From: Chrysomallon squamiferum
Lineage: Eukaryota; Animalia; Mollusca
Assembly: GCA_012295275.1 (NCBI GenBank)
Contig: CM022665.1
Span: forward strand, 40,238,001 to 40,302,000
Direction: 5' to 3'
Length of the DNA: 64,000 nucleotides
A program made the position numbers and the translations under genes. How positions within the stretch are numbered: the stretch's first letter is position 1; each line of letters begins with the position of its first letter. This document shows positions 1 through 16,124 of the stretch, piece after piece. The notes beneath the pieces were generated by a model. The model worked only from the letters and a program-made list of their open reading frames with translations. It ran no database searches and was not told where the DNA came from.

Positions 1-483
1 GAAGAAGAAAGTAGGAAAGAAGAAGAAAGTAGGAATGAAGAAGAAAAATGAAACAAAGAAGAAGAAAAATGAAATAAGAAAGATGAAGGAAGAAGAAGAA
101 GAAAAACAAGAAAGAAAAACAAACCAAAAATAATCCAAGGCGACAGGAATGAGGACATATATCATTTTCTGAGTCCGTGAGGCAAGAAATAAAACAACAA
201 AATATGAAAGTTTCATTTATTTGAGCAAGGATTTTCAATAATCCACAAGAAATGTTATTGACTATTTTCGTATTTTGTCACCCCAGTGCAAGGTTGTTTG
301 GAAAAAGAGACAGCTAAATTTGTCACCTTCTAACGTCTCCTGATAATTAGTTGTTGGCAGAAAGGGCGAAAGATAAGCTCTGACAAAAAACAAAATGAAT
401 TTTTGTTTTGGTTATTCTTGTTCGGTTTCAGTGTTATGTGTTTAAACTGATTTCTTTATTTGTTTGTTTGTTTGTTTGCGTTT

Positions 484-699
<216 letters not shown>

Positions 700-3559
700 A
701 CCAAAACAAAAATCCAAGTTAATGGATAAAATAATTTATTTATCAGTTAATTTAGTTTGCATAGTTGCGTCGACATTTTAGAAAAGTAATTAATTATTAC
801 CGATAAATATATTAAAATATTTTAAACTATTATAAAAAAAAAAATTAATAAATTTTGTAAGTAAACGAAAAATGGGGTAAGTAAATAAGTAAGTAAGTAA
901 GTAAGTAAGTGAGTAAAATTTAAAATAAGTTAAAACGTATTTCAAACATTCCACTACTAATAACATTTGGTGTGTGTCTCGGGTGGTGGGGGGGGGTAAG
1001 GCATTCCACTCTTTCCATATTTCACCCTTCTTCCCTAGCACATCAATATCGCTCGGCTTAAGCCATGTGACTTAAATAAATAATAATCCCATAGAGATAA
1101 CTCAAACGTGGGTTTAAATCCACGTGCTCTTAGTCCGCGATATCAATCGACATTAAAACAAACGGGACGGATTCCAGGGCCGAGAGGAAAAAATCGATGC
1201 GGATCGGCTTAAAACGTCGTCTGGGAATTAAGCAATAAACATCAAATCTCTTCACAAACATTTAACATGTATAGAATAATTGTAGCATGACGAGGATGGA
1301 TCCAGCCCATCAGAAAGGGTGGTGATCCTTCGCTGTGGTAAGTGTCAGTTTTTCGAGATAAACATAAGTTTTAAGATTAAAAAAGAAAGAAAGAAAGAAA
1401 GAGAGAAATAAAGAAAAATCAGAGATCCGTAAAAATGAAGAGTTCGACCCACCCCCCACCAAAAAAGTTGAGGCCTTCTTGAAACAGGTAATGATAATAA
1501 TGGCTCTCAGTGTTTGTCAAGAAAGAAACTCCTTTTTTTAAATTGCCAGGTTTTAAACGGTGGACAGAATTTGTTACAAAAAAAACAAAGATACAAAAAC
1601 CTATAATTGCATAATAAAACCACTTTCATTAATAAAATGAATATATTACATTGTCGTGTCTCCTGTTAAATCGAATGTTGGATAAATCAAATTCGTTGTA
1701 AAGGAAAAGCCTGCTTATTTGGGACATCCGAAACATTAATATTCCATCAGGTTTCGATGATTTGGGATATGTAAAACTTTAAAGTTTCATACTGCAAAAC
1801 GTTAAATAAAGGTAATAGTTACATAATAAACTAAGAAGGACACCTATAGCTTTGAATTTGCTATGAAGTGATTTTCATAGACAATATAGATAACCACATT
1901 TTAAAACAGGCAAAAGGAAAAGCTCTCTTTTTTCTCTCTCTCTTTTTATTTCTCTTTTAATTTTTCTGGTTGGTAAATAAAAATGATAATACATGTACCG
2001 GACCAATTATCCAGCGTCCTGAAATCATGAAAGTTTTTTCCTGACGCTATTTTCAGCTGTATTGCTTCCAGCATTTTGGCTTTATTACTGGTATCATGTC
2101 AGGTATTTAGAAAAAAAAAAGTCAGTTTGGTAAATGTTATCACAATCATCACAGTCCTCATCATAATAAAATCAAAATCAACAATCGATTTGTTATCTCT
2201 GTCTGACACTCTACGCCCGATATGTCTGTTGTGCAGGTGTGTCTTTAAACATCTATTCATTCATGCATTCATTCATTCATTCATTCATATGATCGTGTTC
2301 CTGTATTTCTCCATATTAAATTTTGATTTGTCGTCATCCGTAACACTAGCTGATATATCTGTTTTATAAAGTCTGAAACAGTTTTAAAAAAAAGATAAAA
2401 AAATGAAAAAGAAAAGAAATTAAAATGAATGAAAAATGAAAGACTTATTTCAAAGAATTTATATTCAGATTTTTCCATTTTATTAAAATAATAATTATTC
2501 AAGTTCGTCTTATCTTCTTTCTTCTTGTTCTTTGTGTGCCTTTGTGTGTGTGTGTTTATGTGTGTGTGTGTATGCATGCATGTATGTATGTTGCTATGTA
2601 TGTGTGTATGTATGTATGTATGTATGCATGTATGGATGTTTGTACGTACGCACGTATGTATGTATGTGTGTTTGTGTGTGTGAATGTGTTTGTATATATA
2701 GATAAGTATGATTGTATGTATGTATGTATGTATGTATGTATATATGTATGTATTTAATTTTAACACTGAACACTTGAAAATCTAAAGATCCACAGTGTGA
2801 GTTAAAATCTAAACAGGAGTCAATAAAGCTTTAATGCTACAAGCTGCTATGGGCGTTCCCATACACAGCAACAAAGATACGGTAAGGCCACGACTTCGAT
2901 CTTCAATTACATAATGTGGATATTTCCTTCTCGTTATGTACCGTTAGATACCGCTGTTTACACCATCTGTGTGCGTTACCAGTCTCCGCTAACAAGTAAA
3001 ACAGTTTATTTTTGTTTGTATGGAAAACACACAAGGAAAAAAGGGTTTGGTATCTGTTTGATAAGGAAGTTGTCATTACGTATTCCTTCAATTTGCGTTT
3101 CCTTGCCACAGACAAAGTAAAATTTTTTTGTAAAAGTCCACACTGATCGAATGCCTACCAGGCCCTGCCCCATTTTAAGTGAATGTATCAGTTCATGATT
3201 TTGTATTACATAATATTATATAGACCCGTCAATTATTATTATTATTATTTTTTTATTATTATTTTTTTTTAAATCTGATTTACTTTAATCAATATGAATG
3301 GAACTCTGCTCAAGGATAATTTACTTACTATGAATGGTAGAATGTTTTGGTCACGGGCATTAGTGGGATGAGAAAAATTTGTTCTTAATACATCATATTC
3401 AAATTGTCTTCATGTGGAGCATACGACCCATATTTGGAAACACTAATATAACATGTATTTCCTTACATACGAATATGCTTAACTTTTAAAACTTTCAGAC
3501 ATAGAGATATAGACATATTAATTTATTTTGTTTAATAGCAGGATAATTCTATAAATGTC

Positions 3560-3643
<84 letters not shown>

Positions 3644-3999
3644 CGCACACGTACATACAAAAACACATATATAAACATACATACATACATACACATATAT
3701 ATATATATATACACGTGTGTATAAATATGGAAGTGTACGTACATATGTTATTATAGGTGTGTGTATGCACAATTGTGTTTGTAATTTTTAATATATCTAT
3801 AAAACAAAGTGATTGATGCGTGCATTTTATTCATAGATCAGCGTGTCTGTCTTTCTCTCTCTATATATTCAAACAATAGACCAATGTGCATTTGTACTGG
3901 GAATTTATATATATGTAAATATTTTAACCTTACCGCCTTTGTCCGTGAGAAGAATTAATATAAACTTGTAATTAATATAAAGATATAGGCCCAAATATT

Positions 4000-4036
<37 letters not shown>

Positions 4037-4484
4037 CACACACAAAAAAACAAACAAACTTATCAGCTGCAACGTTGTTTAACAAATCTCACACAAAAAA
4101 GGGGCAAAGATCTTTTAAACAAAACAAAAAACTGTTCAGTTTGGCCAATGCCGCGACGTCGCTGACATATATTTATGCATACATATGTGAAGTAAATCAA
4201 ACAGAGAGCTGGGTGTGTTGATTGAATGCACAGTACGTGTTGACTCTGCAGGGAAACAAACGTTAATGCGAAATTGCGACCTTGTTGCGATTTGCGAAGA
4301 GTGCGGGAGTTAATTTACCAAGCTGCACAGTTACGTAGAAATCTCTGCTAAGCACAACGCATGTTTAAACTTGAGCTGGAGTACCGATGGAGCCTTCGAG
4401 TTCGCTTGAAGATTTCTGAAAAAACAAATGTTATATTAAAATATACGTGACAATGTTAATACAACAGTGAAAAAAGATAGACAG

Positions 4485-4516
<32 letters not shown>

Positions 4517-4718
4517 CAGAAACGTCATCCAGAAAAGAACATTAATTCACCATGTAATATTCTGTCTGAAGAAAGATTGAAGAGAAATACATCGATAGAT
4601 GGATATACAGACAGACTGACAGAAAGGAAGAAAGAATGAAAGAAAGAAAGATAGAAATATAGATGTATTTGGATATTATAATAATTACTTAAAAATACTT
4701 CTTTTTTCAATTTTTAAA

Positions 4719-4821
<103 letters not shown>

Positions 4822-5539
4822 TTTGTGTGTGTGTGTCTAACTGTATATCATTAAATCTATCAAGTTAGTATAAGAATTATTCGGAAATAAGTATCTAGAA
4901 GCAATATATATATATATATATATTTTTTTTTTTATAATGCAACTTGTCTATTACCAATGCCAAATATAAAACATTAACAAGACTTGATTAAAAACAAGTT
5001 CATATCAATTATTTGGTAAACAGCATAATACAATGAAGTCATAATTGAATTCAGTAAGTAGTTTTAACTTATTACAGAATAATAAAATTAAAAAAACGAA
5101 TAGAAATTCATAGCCTGTATTAACGAAATACACAAGCTCTTTAAGTGCTGTTCTCATTTCATTCTTTATTGTTTTCTGATTCAGAGTACAGTATTTCAGC
5201 TATGCGAATATTGTCACTGTCAGCTTAATTTATTTGCTAAGTACCTATTATTATTCTGTATGATATGTATATAAACTAAAAATGTCATTTTTCCGAAGCC
5301 AAGTCAAACATAGATCATGTATAACGAAATAACTTTAATGTAGTCTAAGCTTCGCATCGTCAGAATGTGTACATATGATTTGTTTTCTTTCTTACGACGA
5401 AAATGATACATCTCGTAAAGTCACACACTTTGCGATATGAATAAAGACCGTTTTAATCTACGATAAAATACCGATGATTCCTTCCTTCTTTATACAAACT
5501 ATATTATACACACAATTCACGTTGTTCGGTCGTTTCCCT

Positions 5540-5577
<38 letters not shown>

Positions 5578-6066
5578 CTTCTTCTAAACTCCAAACTAAA
5601 TATGTATTTAATTGTCTATCCGTTATTTGAATAAGTTTTCTGTCATCTGTGTCAACAGACAGCTGGTAATCTGTGCCTATGTATCTCCTTCCGGTCAAAC
5701 TAAGCCTCGGTTATCTATGTACACGATATATTTGTCTCGGAGGTTCGGGCCTGTTGATTGAGTCGTCCCGGAAACTGTTGCTAATGACCAGACATTTGTC
5801 AGCTTCAAATAAGGAAAGGAAAGACGTGTTTGTTTACACCTTGGTGTGTTATCTGACCACTCGTTGTCACAGAACGGTTATGTGATATTAATTAACAAGT
5901 GGATGTATTTATTACAAAAAGAAAATGCGAGACATGGAATGATCTTTGACACCAGCACGCACACACACACACACACACACACGTACACATATAGAGATAG
6001 AGAAATAAACTGAGGGGGGATAGGGAAAGAAAGAGAGAAAGAGGGAGAGACTGAAACAGAAATAGG

Positions 6067-6154
<88 letters not shown>

Positions 6155-6379
6155 CAGAAAGCGAGACAGACAGACATACGAACATACGGACATACATTCT
6201 CGATAAATAGATATATAGACGACATATACCTTTCTACGTACTACCTACCTACCTACATATATACATACATACATAAACAGAGAAACAAACAGACATACAG
6301 ATAGATAAGCAGACAATCAGACAGAGATAGACGTACAAATATACAGATAGACAGATAGATAGACAGACAGACAGTTAGA

Positions 6380-6410
<31 letters not shown>

Positions 6411-6474
6411 TTAGATAGATAGTTAGATAGACTGATAGACTGATAGACAGGTATATATATACTTATTTCTTTGG

Positions 6475-6551
<77 letters not shown>

Positions 6552-6843
6552 GCCAAAGAAATAAGTAAAAGGATATGTAGATAAGTAGGTAAGCAGATGA
6601 AAATTAATAAAATAGTGAGATAAGACATTGTTTCGAGGGGTCAACGCAGAAAGCTACTTAAACCAGTTTTCATGTTTAGATCTCACGTTATCCACAGCAT
6701 TTAGTGTGTCAGCATATGTTTATAGCAGATATTTCATAACAGTTAAAATACAATCAGTTAAGCAATGCAGAAAATAATAATATATCATTTATCGTACACA
6801 TAACTGACAAAGATTCATCTTCATTTCGTGCTTACAAAAAAAA

Positions 6844-6891
<48 letters not shown>

Positions 6892-7205
6892 TACTTTACA
6901 TCTATCGGTATTAATCCGGTGAAATATATTGATTTGGATCTGCTAAAAACGAAACTAGGGCAGTTTCCGGGCTGATGGAGATCCCTGGTAAAATAACAGC
7001 GCCTGCTTACACTGAAATGTGGGTGTTTGTCGAAATACATGAGTGGTAGAGGAGTAAGCTATAAAGTGTTTCTAACACGATCCGTCCACAGTTTGATAAA
7101 TTTACACGAGATTACAGTGGCTAAATTGGTTTAAGTCCTCAAAGGTATTAAAACGCATTCGTGTGAGTGTGTTGGTGTGTGTTTGTATATGTGGGTGTGT
7201 GTGTG

Positions 7206-7291
<86 letters not shown>

Positions 7292-8557
7292 CCTTAAAGG
7301 AATTTACAATGACAACCATTTTGTGTAATAAATCAAAACGTTTTGTAAAAAAGATAATAAAACATTATTTAGTTAATTTTTTTTAGTTTCTCTAGGTGTC
7401 TGTGTGTGGATTCAAAGAAAAACAAATTTCATCATAAAAATGCACGGTAAACACTGATATTATTTGATTTTCGCTCATTTGACGTTTGATAACTGCACCA
7501 TCTGTAACTAATTTCATCTTAAAATCATCGATTAGTTTCAGTCAGAATTCTTTTCCAGAAACATGCAAACATTTATGCCATGAAATGAATTTCGATAAAC
7601 ACAAAACTGTATTTGAACGAAAGAAAGAAAGAAAGAAAGGAAGAAAAGAAAGAAAAAACAAAAACAAAATTGCGATAATGATAAAATACCAGTCAAAACA
7701 TTTTGTCGTCTGTATTTGGAGAGTGAAGCGTAACAATGTGAGGGATTACCAGACGCGAAAGAAAAATTTGCCGCCAAAAGCCGAGAATTGTGACTGAAGA
7801 CTGAGAAACTCTTTAAAAACTGGTAAAATGTTGATTCTCACTTGGGTATTACCCTTACAAGTGTAGCAGAGGAATTTGTTCTGTACAATTCTGCGGCTCA
7901 CTGTTAACGCTTCTTACGTAAAATGTTGCAAAAAAAGATTAAAATCTTCTAACAGTCGGAGGTGAGTTGGCGACAAATAGCTGTGCACCTGTTATTATGT
8001 TACAAAAAAAAAAAATAAAAATAAAAAATAATAAAAAAATAAAGATGCGTCGAAAACAAAGAGGTCAGCGAACAAACACTGGACAGTGGTATGTTTATAT
8101 AAAATACGGATGAGGATTTTTATTTTTTTTAATTTTTTTTTTTCATATGGTCACTGGCCGAAAATGTAATACTTCAATCAAATTATCAACGAAGTATTCA
8201 ATAAACGTTCATATTTGCCTGGGTCGAACACATTAACCGATTTCTCATATCAGATCTGTGCAAAGCTGGGAAGAACTTATTATAAAGATAATAAAATTGA
8301 ATATTGGCTAATGATAACAACAACATGAGTTACTGACAGGATAATTAATGTAATATGAATTATTATAAAAGAAAGAAAAAGAGAAAAAATTGCTGAAAAA
8401 TATATTTTTAAACAGTCAATCTATTTAAAACATGTCAGTTTTTACACACAGTCGTAAGTTTAGTTAATATTAAGTGATAGAAGATTATAAAAACTGAGTG
8501 TATAGTGAGGTTACACTTTCCCAGTATCTTTTTTCTTTTTATTTATTTTGTGTGTGT

Positions 8558-8615
<58 letters not shown>

Positions 8616-9113
8616 TCAGTAAGTAATTCCAGGCATTACAATCAGTTTAAGCACAATTATAAAAGTAAGGCATTTAACATTAATTTTCTGCGCTTCTCGG
8701 TAAACTACAGCAAATCACTCGGAGCTGCGAAATAAAACATATATTTATTAATTAATGAGCGTCTGTATTAATTTCTTACTATTCTCTGTTTGATTTAGAC
8801 TGAGAAACATCTCAGCAAAACAAATAATTTAAAAAAAGATAAGAACATAAAAAAAAAAAAAGTCGAACAGAATTAACAAAATAAAATTCCCAAAGTTGAG
8901 CCAGTATGATATATTTCCGTGTTTCCTTCATTAACGTATGTAAATACCGTCATAAGAAGATAAGCATTTTAAGGAATTTAAATTACTTACATCTCTTTTT
9001 TTTTTTTTATATAGTATGCCAAGATAAAAAAATATTAAGTAAATAAATATTTGAATGAATGAATAAATATTTGGAGCAGATGGGAATGTTGTTTAACATG
9101 GTATAAACTCGTC

Positions 9114-9187
<74 letters not shown>

Positions 9188-10168
9188 AACAATTTTGTTT
9201 CCGATTCTCTCAGTTTCATTAACTATATATCGTTTTGTTTATATATACATACATATATACTAGAATACAAACATACATGCACCTATCTACCTACTTAAAT
9301 ACATATATGTATACACACACATATATATAGACATACATATATCTGTCTATCTATCTATCTATATATATATATATATATCTACACAATACATACTCAGATA
9401 CATACATACATATATACATACATACATACATACACACGTACATACACACATACACACGTACTAGTATACTGACATTAAGTACATGTTACAACACAACCTA
9501 ACGCAGGTGTTAAAAGCCGCATCAAACCCGACCTGCCTCCTCCGTAGCTGATGAATTCAACATCAAACATCAGAGACGTTGTCGACATACAACGAACGAC
9601 ATCAGGGCAGGTGTTAGATGTTTGCATTACGTCATCGACAACGTTGCAAAAATACTTGCACTTGACCTTGATGGCACCCGTTCCAAGATCGATCTGGTTT
9701 CTGTGTGACACCAAACAGAACATTCTTAGTATGCATTAACACGTGACTGTTACTTCAGTCCCGAGCTTTCAGAGTTTTGTGAACAAGTCATCCCGCGCTA
9801 ACCTCAAAGAGAAACAAGAAAACGATTATGCATTGTCTTCGTGTGTCCCATTGCACATGATTTAGTTCCTCTTTGCCTTGCAACCTTGATGGGTTATTAG
9901 AAACAGACAGAGAAGAATCTGTGACAAAATAATTTCAAAAAGAAAGATGACTTTAGCATTGCATGATGATGAAGATCCTTCTGGAAAGTTCTAAAAACCT
10001 TTAGAAGTGATACATGGTTAGTCTGTGTCCTGGGCAGGAACTTTTGCAAAAATGACATACGTAGATGAGATTCACCCTGCAGAGTTAAAGTTCCTTCTCC
10101 CCCCCCATCAATCTTTAAAGGTCAAATGGTCACCCTAACTCGTTGGTAAGGATCTCAGCAGAAAGGTT

Positions 10169-10200
<32 letters not shown>

Positions 10201-11709
10201 TTTTAAAATGTATGAATGTTTAAATGTAAGTAATTTTGCAACAATCTTTCTTTTTTTTTTTAAAAGAAAAAAAAAGATAGAGGCCGGCTAGTATTTTATT
10301 CTATGTCAGACAACTTTCATTGTTTTCTCAGAGAGACAATGAGAATGTGATATGAAGAAAATAAAAATAAAATGTCTGTAATTGTGATACTTTTCAGATT
10401 ACGTCATTACGCATCTATAGTCAAGAATCATTTAAAGATATGACTGGTTACGTTATTATTCTGAACATACTTCAACAAAATGTAGACAGAAAGGTAAATA
10501 ATTACTATTTTCAGACAAATTGGGAATAGTTTTCTGAATGTCTTGATAGTTAGACCAATTTTATAAAAAATTACTAAAACGTGAAGACAGAAAAGAAAAA
10601 GAGAAATAACGAAAGAGAGGTATATGTCGGTTGAAACAAATAACAAACAAACGAACGAAACCAAAAATAAATAAATAAATAAAGAAATAAAGAAATAAAT
10701 AAATAAATAAAGAAAGAAAGAAAGAAAGAAATGAAGAAAAAATAAACAAAATACAAAACAATAAAGAAATAAATAAATAGTTAAGAAAGACCGAAAAACA
10801 GACAATTGTGAAAGAAACAAATAACTTAAAAGTTAAACATACACTTCAGTTTTGTCAAGTTCCCGAAAAAGTACCAAACTATACAATTTGATTTTCACTA
10901 TATACTAAAAAAAACCAAACAAATAACTGACTTCAGGCCTCCTTAAGAAAAGTTCAAAATCAGGTTATTGGTAACAACATGATTTATTCCTGCAGTTCAT
11001 CATTTTCTTTGTATTTTATATTGCAAACTGGGGCTAACATAGAAATAAAACAAATACTTGCGTACAAAATCTTTCCTACGATCAAACCTAGTTTTTTTTG
11101 TTTTCGTTTTTTTCCATTAATTTTACCAATATCTGTTTTTTGATGCAAATTCTAACGTTATGAGTGATTTATACATATGTTACTTTTTCACTAATAACAA
11201 TACAATAAAAGCAATATATTCATATGAAAATAAGTCTTGATAATATAAGATAATTATTTTTATTTTTCGTTTTATTTCATTTGTTTTCACATTTTAATAA
11301 AAACACTGTAACCTTTTTCTTTATTAAATGTAATTTTTTTAGAACAGTTTTTAATTGTTGCAAGAATAGTGATATATAAGATATTTTATCACCTTTAATT
11401 CGATTTAATATCTTTAATAATTAATACGAAAGGAGAATCTGTATTTATTTACTTAAAACAAGCCAACTTTACTCATTTAAATAAATTTCCAAGCACTCGT
11501 AAATTGTCTTTTGTTACAAGACATTTTGAAAACCAAATCTCTTGTGGATTAAATTAAATTAAAAATAATAATAAAATGAAAACTTCTCTAAAGAAATTGC
11601 TAATTAATCCTATTTAAAATACATCTTCATTTGTACAAACGAAAATTTAAATATTTTCTCTGAAGAATAAAAAATATACCATGAGCATATTATTTTAGTT
11701 AAGGATATT

Positions 11710-11985
11710 CGAACGTTTTAAAAATATACATGTGAACACAATCTTCATCTGGAATATATTACCAACAGTCTTTCTAATGTTTTAAAAATATACACCAACA
11801 TTTGAAATACATTTCTTTCTAATGTTTTAAAACTATACACCATACAAAATCTTTATTTGAAATACATTTTCTTTCTAACGTTTTAAAAATATACACCATA
11901 TAAAATCTTTATTTGAACTACATTTCTTTCTAAAGTTTCAAAAATATACACCATACAAAATCTTTATTTGAAATACACCATACGG
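11710..11985. repeat. Tandem minisatellite, ~56-bp unit, about 5 copies
   Basis: Recurrent TTTCTAATGTTTTAAAAATATACACCATACAAAATCTTTATTTGAAATACA. Confidence 0.8.
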
Positions 11986-12390
11986 ACATTCGGTTTAAAA
12001 TGATACGGTAAATCCTGGACTATATTCATAAAGTCGTGTGAATTGTATCTCAAGGAAATGTCTGCCAAGTGAAAAAAAAAAAAAAAAAAAAAAAAGAAAG
12101 AGAAGACGAGGTATTATCTTAGCATAATCAGATAAGGCGAGAGATTTAGCTTTTTTGAAAAATCCACGACGCACTCGAAATCATAGTGAAAGCTGCGCCT
12201 CTAACTGGTGTTAAGCCGAGTTTGTTTCTCTAATACAGCGGGCCATTTTGCGCTTATCAGATCGCTAAATAGTGGATACATTGTCCAAATAAGCGAAATC
12301 CTGTCAATCTTACGAGTGAAAAAAAAAAAAAATAAAAAAAATAAAAATCTTGGAATACCACAGACCTGAATGCTAAGAGAGGATTTCGCT

Positions 12391-12607
12391 CCGATTGGAA
12401 ATCTTGTTTGCTTTTGCAATTTGCACAAACCAAGGTTTCTTGCGGTTCTGGCCAATAAGAGTTCAATTCTGGGGCACATAAAAAGGCAAGACGTCCACCG
12501 ATGAGGTCAATCACGTCGTAGTCTTCGAAGAGCTCAGCACCTGTCGTTGTCGTTGTTGCCGTCGTTGCGATTGTTTAGGATAAGGATAAGAGGAACTGAA
12601 CGCAGAG
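12391..12607 (+). promoter_or_regulatory. Candidate chitinase promoter and non-coding first exon
   Basis: Inverted CCAAT (ATTGG near 12394), GGCCAAT near 12450, TATA-like CATAAAAAG 12477-12485, CpG-rich ~100-nt segment ending in strong donor GAG|gtgagt at 12607/12608; the next coding exon needs an upstream exon. Confidence 0.6.
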
Positions 12608-12749
12608 GTGAGTGTGTTAATACGTCTTGATTCAGTTTTATTTTCTTACAGTAACAGTTTCTGTTGTCATGGCTCGTTTCAGTACTAAGTACTGAATTTT
12701 AAAATAATGTAGTTTGATGCTTTTTAATTTACTGAACTGGTTATTGCTT

Positions 12750-12802
<53 letters not shown>

Positions 12803-15800
12803 TATTTAATTAAGACTCAATTTTAATTTAATATTAATATCAAACTTAAAATCGCTTTATTTCATTCTATATTTTATATCTACTGTATTGGAATGTTTTA
12901 CTGAGATACTAGTTATATTAAATATTAAATATATTAACTATGATTCTACATTACCGTGAAATAATTACTACCCGTATTAATTAATATAACACAGTACAAA
13001 GAAAAAAACATTATTTAATTGTAACGTTTTTGACACGTTTTAACTGAGGTATTGCTTGTACATCATATAAATAAAAATTAAGTAAAAGCTTTATTACTTG
13101 ATTCTATATACTTTTATTAATATTTAATTTTTCTGCAGAAATATTTTAAATTAAATTTAACTGTTATTGTAAAAAAGTTAACTTTTTAATATTTATGATA
13201 TTTTAATATTTATATATTTTTTTCCGGCTAAAATTTTGTTTCGTATAAGTACTACAAATGAAATATATTATTTAGAAAATTTTAAGTTTAATTTTATAAA
13301 ATATCGTAAATCATCGTTTAATCATTTCAAGAATCTATTATGGTAATATTCTTAGTTAAATTTAACTTAATTATAATTGTACATACTCATTTAATTTTGT
13401 AAAGATTGTTGTCCTATAAATGCTGTTATCGTTATTGTTAATTTTGTTAAAATAAAATAACAATAACAATAAATATTAAAATAACAATAAAATAAAATAG
13501 GTTTATATTATAATCTAGAGCTTTGCTAGAATTAATTACGGAGGGAAATGCCTTAAATATGTGTAGGTTTCATTTATTTATATTACAGTTTTTAATTTTT
13601 AATTTTTTTATTCATTATGTACTGATGTATCTTTGTTACAGTAACATATGCTTTGTATTTATGTGACTTAAATATTTACTAGTAAGAATTACAACATTTG
13701 ATGAACTGATTCACTGTTCTTAATCAGCAGAATTCCGTGCTTAAACAGATTAATTCATTTTCATATTTTGTTGTATTAACATGTATAAGTTGTACATATT
13801 ACACTGTATGTGCTATGGAGAAATAAAAATATAAATAAAATAAAATAAAATAAAATATGCATACAAAATTTAAATAATTAACATCAAGAACATTTTATTA
13901 CAAAAGTAAAAATGTTCTTTTTTTAATTATCATAATTAATTTTAAAAAATGACAGAAAGAAAGAAAAATTTGAAAAGGGAATAATTATAGTTTACCTTTT
14001 CACAATTATCTCTCAAAAATTAATGCCATCAAATATATACAAGTTGTGTTTTTAGGATTTTTATTACTATTACTATTATTATTAATAATATTATTAAAAT
14101 ATTGTTGTATGTGTTGTTGCAACAGCCAGTCTAAAGCTATATACCATATCAACAAAAAACAATAACAGTTTATAAGAAATAATAATTTAAAAAAAATTAT
14201 TTTCAAATTTTATTCAGTTCAGAAAAATTTTTTTACGATGGACTGACGAGTAACGGGCAGATTTTATTTATTTATTTTTTTTTTATTCACTAGTTCCATC
14301 ACACTGGATTCAAGTTTTTGAAAAAGACACAAAGATATACAAATTATTCTTAATATATTCGCATTACATATAAATTTCATAACATTAGCATTATGCTAGG
14401 TTATCCCAAAGCGAGCATTCTTATGGACAATCGTGGATTTCTGATACATTTGCTTCATTAAGTGTTTTAAAGAAAAGTAGACCAACCAGAGCAGATCCTG
14501 CGACCATTAATACGTAAATCTATGTTTTATTTTTAACAGACTGAGTCTCTCGGTGATCACATATAAGTTATTTGAGTTATTTTGTATTTCCCGTAACCGA
14601 TTTAAAAAAAAAAAAAAAAAAAAAAAAACAATGTTTAATATAATTTATTATAGCTACTCCTCACTTATATGAATTGGTTATCAACGGCAGCCTATAAAAC
14701 CTGATTTCAAATCAAACTGTAACTTTAATTTAAACATTAAAATTTATTTAAAATTTGTATTTATTTATTTATTTATTTTAAAATTTTACTTCAGTATTGT
14801 GATAATTATTAAAGCTGCCCGCAGTCTGCAAAGTTTCTTGTTCATTTATATATATATAATTAATATTACATGAATGAAATTATTGGTTAATTGCTCTGTA
14901 CGAGGAAAAAGGCCAGAAAATAAATTCTGTTTTAAGACTGTAATGTGTTAAGGAAACTCTATCACGATTTGGAAATCGTCTTATCTGTGAACTTCTAAAG
15001 CCTGTTAACACGATTACGTAATACTATTAACACTTTCTTGTACTTTGTTAACATATTTCATTACAGTCTACAAGAAAATGCTGTTGTTGTAGGTGATGAT
15101 GAAGTGAGCAGAGGCTGTTTGTTTTCTTATATACCAGACAAACATCAAAATGCTCATATACACACTAAACAAACACAAAGACACACACACATACATACCA
15201 AACTCACTCATATACACACCAAACACACACAACATTAGATAAACATAAATAAATATGCAGACACCAGACAAACAAAAAATCACAGACACCAGACTAACAC
15301 GATATTCACACACAAACATGCACGCTCATAGACATACAGAGACACATACACAGACACAAGAACACACAGAGTGACCAAAAAGGCAATGTCAAAAACAGCG
15401 TTCATAAAAAAAAAAACATAAAAAAAAAAGGATGAACAATAAAACGAGGAGAATAAAAAAAAAAACTCTGCACAAAAAAAAAACAAGATGAACAAAAAAA
15501 AACGAGAAGAAAAATTAAAAAATTTTTTTTTTTTTAAAACAACGAAACTTAAAAAAAAAAAAAAGAAAAAAAATAATTAATAAAAAAAAAAGAATGAACA
15601 ACAACAACAACAAAATTTAATAATAAAATAAAAAAATAAATAAAAAAATTCCTCTCTGCCAAAGAGCATTATTAAACAATTGCGCTCATGAACGTCTTTT
15701 GTTTCCGTCAAGGGTAAAAACGTCACAGTCTATCCTCCAACATTGATTTAATGAAGAAGAAATAATTTAATTTCTCACAGTGCAAATTTGGTTTGTGTAA

Positions 15801-16078
15801 AGCCAATGCTTATAGGAATCCCGGAATGCAGGTGTCAACACGTCGTTTACGTTGACACAGTCGTTGTATGGTGATGACAGATGCATGTGCATATATTAGA
15901 TCTGTGGCCGATTCACACGACGTCGTGCAGGACAAAGGTTTTGGAGAGAGAACACAAACAGTTGCAACTCACTGAACATATTTGAAGAATGTCAACTCAG
16001 CCTCACTGAAAGTCACGAATCTTTCAAGATTCGGGATTAGTTTAATGACTGGTAGAAAAGAAAAAAATATACTCAAAC

Positions 16079-16124
<46 letters not shown>

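Noticed and set aside
9475-9739. Overlapping ORFs on both strands in a GC-richer patch with a 10-bp inverted repeat (ACGTTGTCGA/TCGACAACGT)
   Set aside because: No recognisable domain or exon boundaries; stem too short to call a structured RNA
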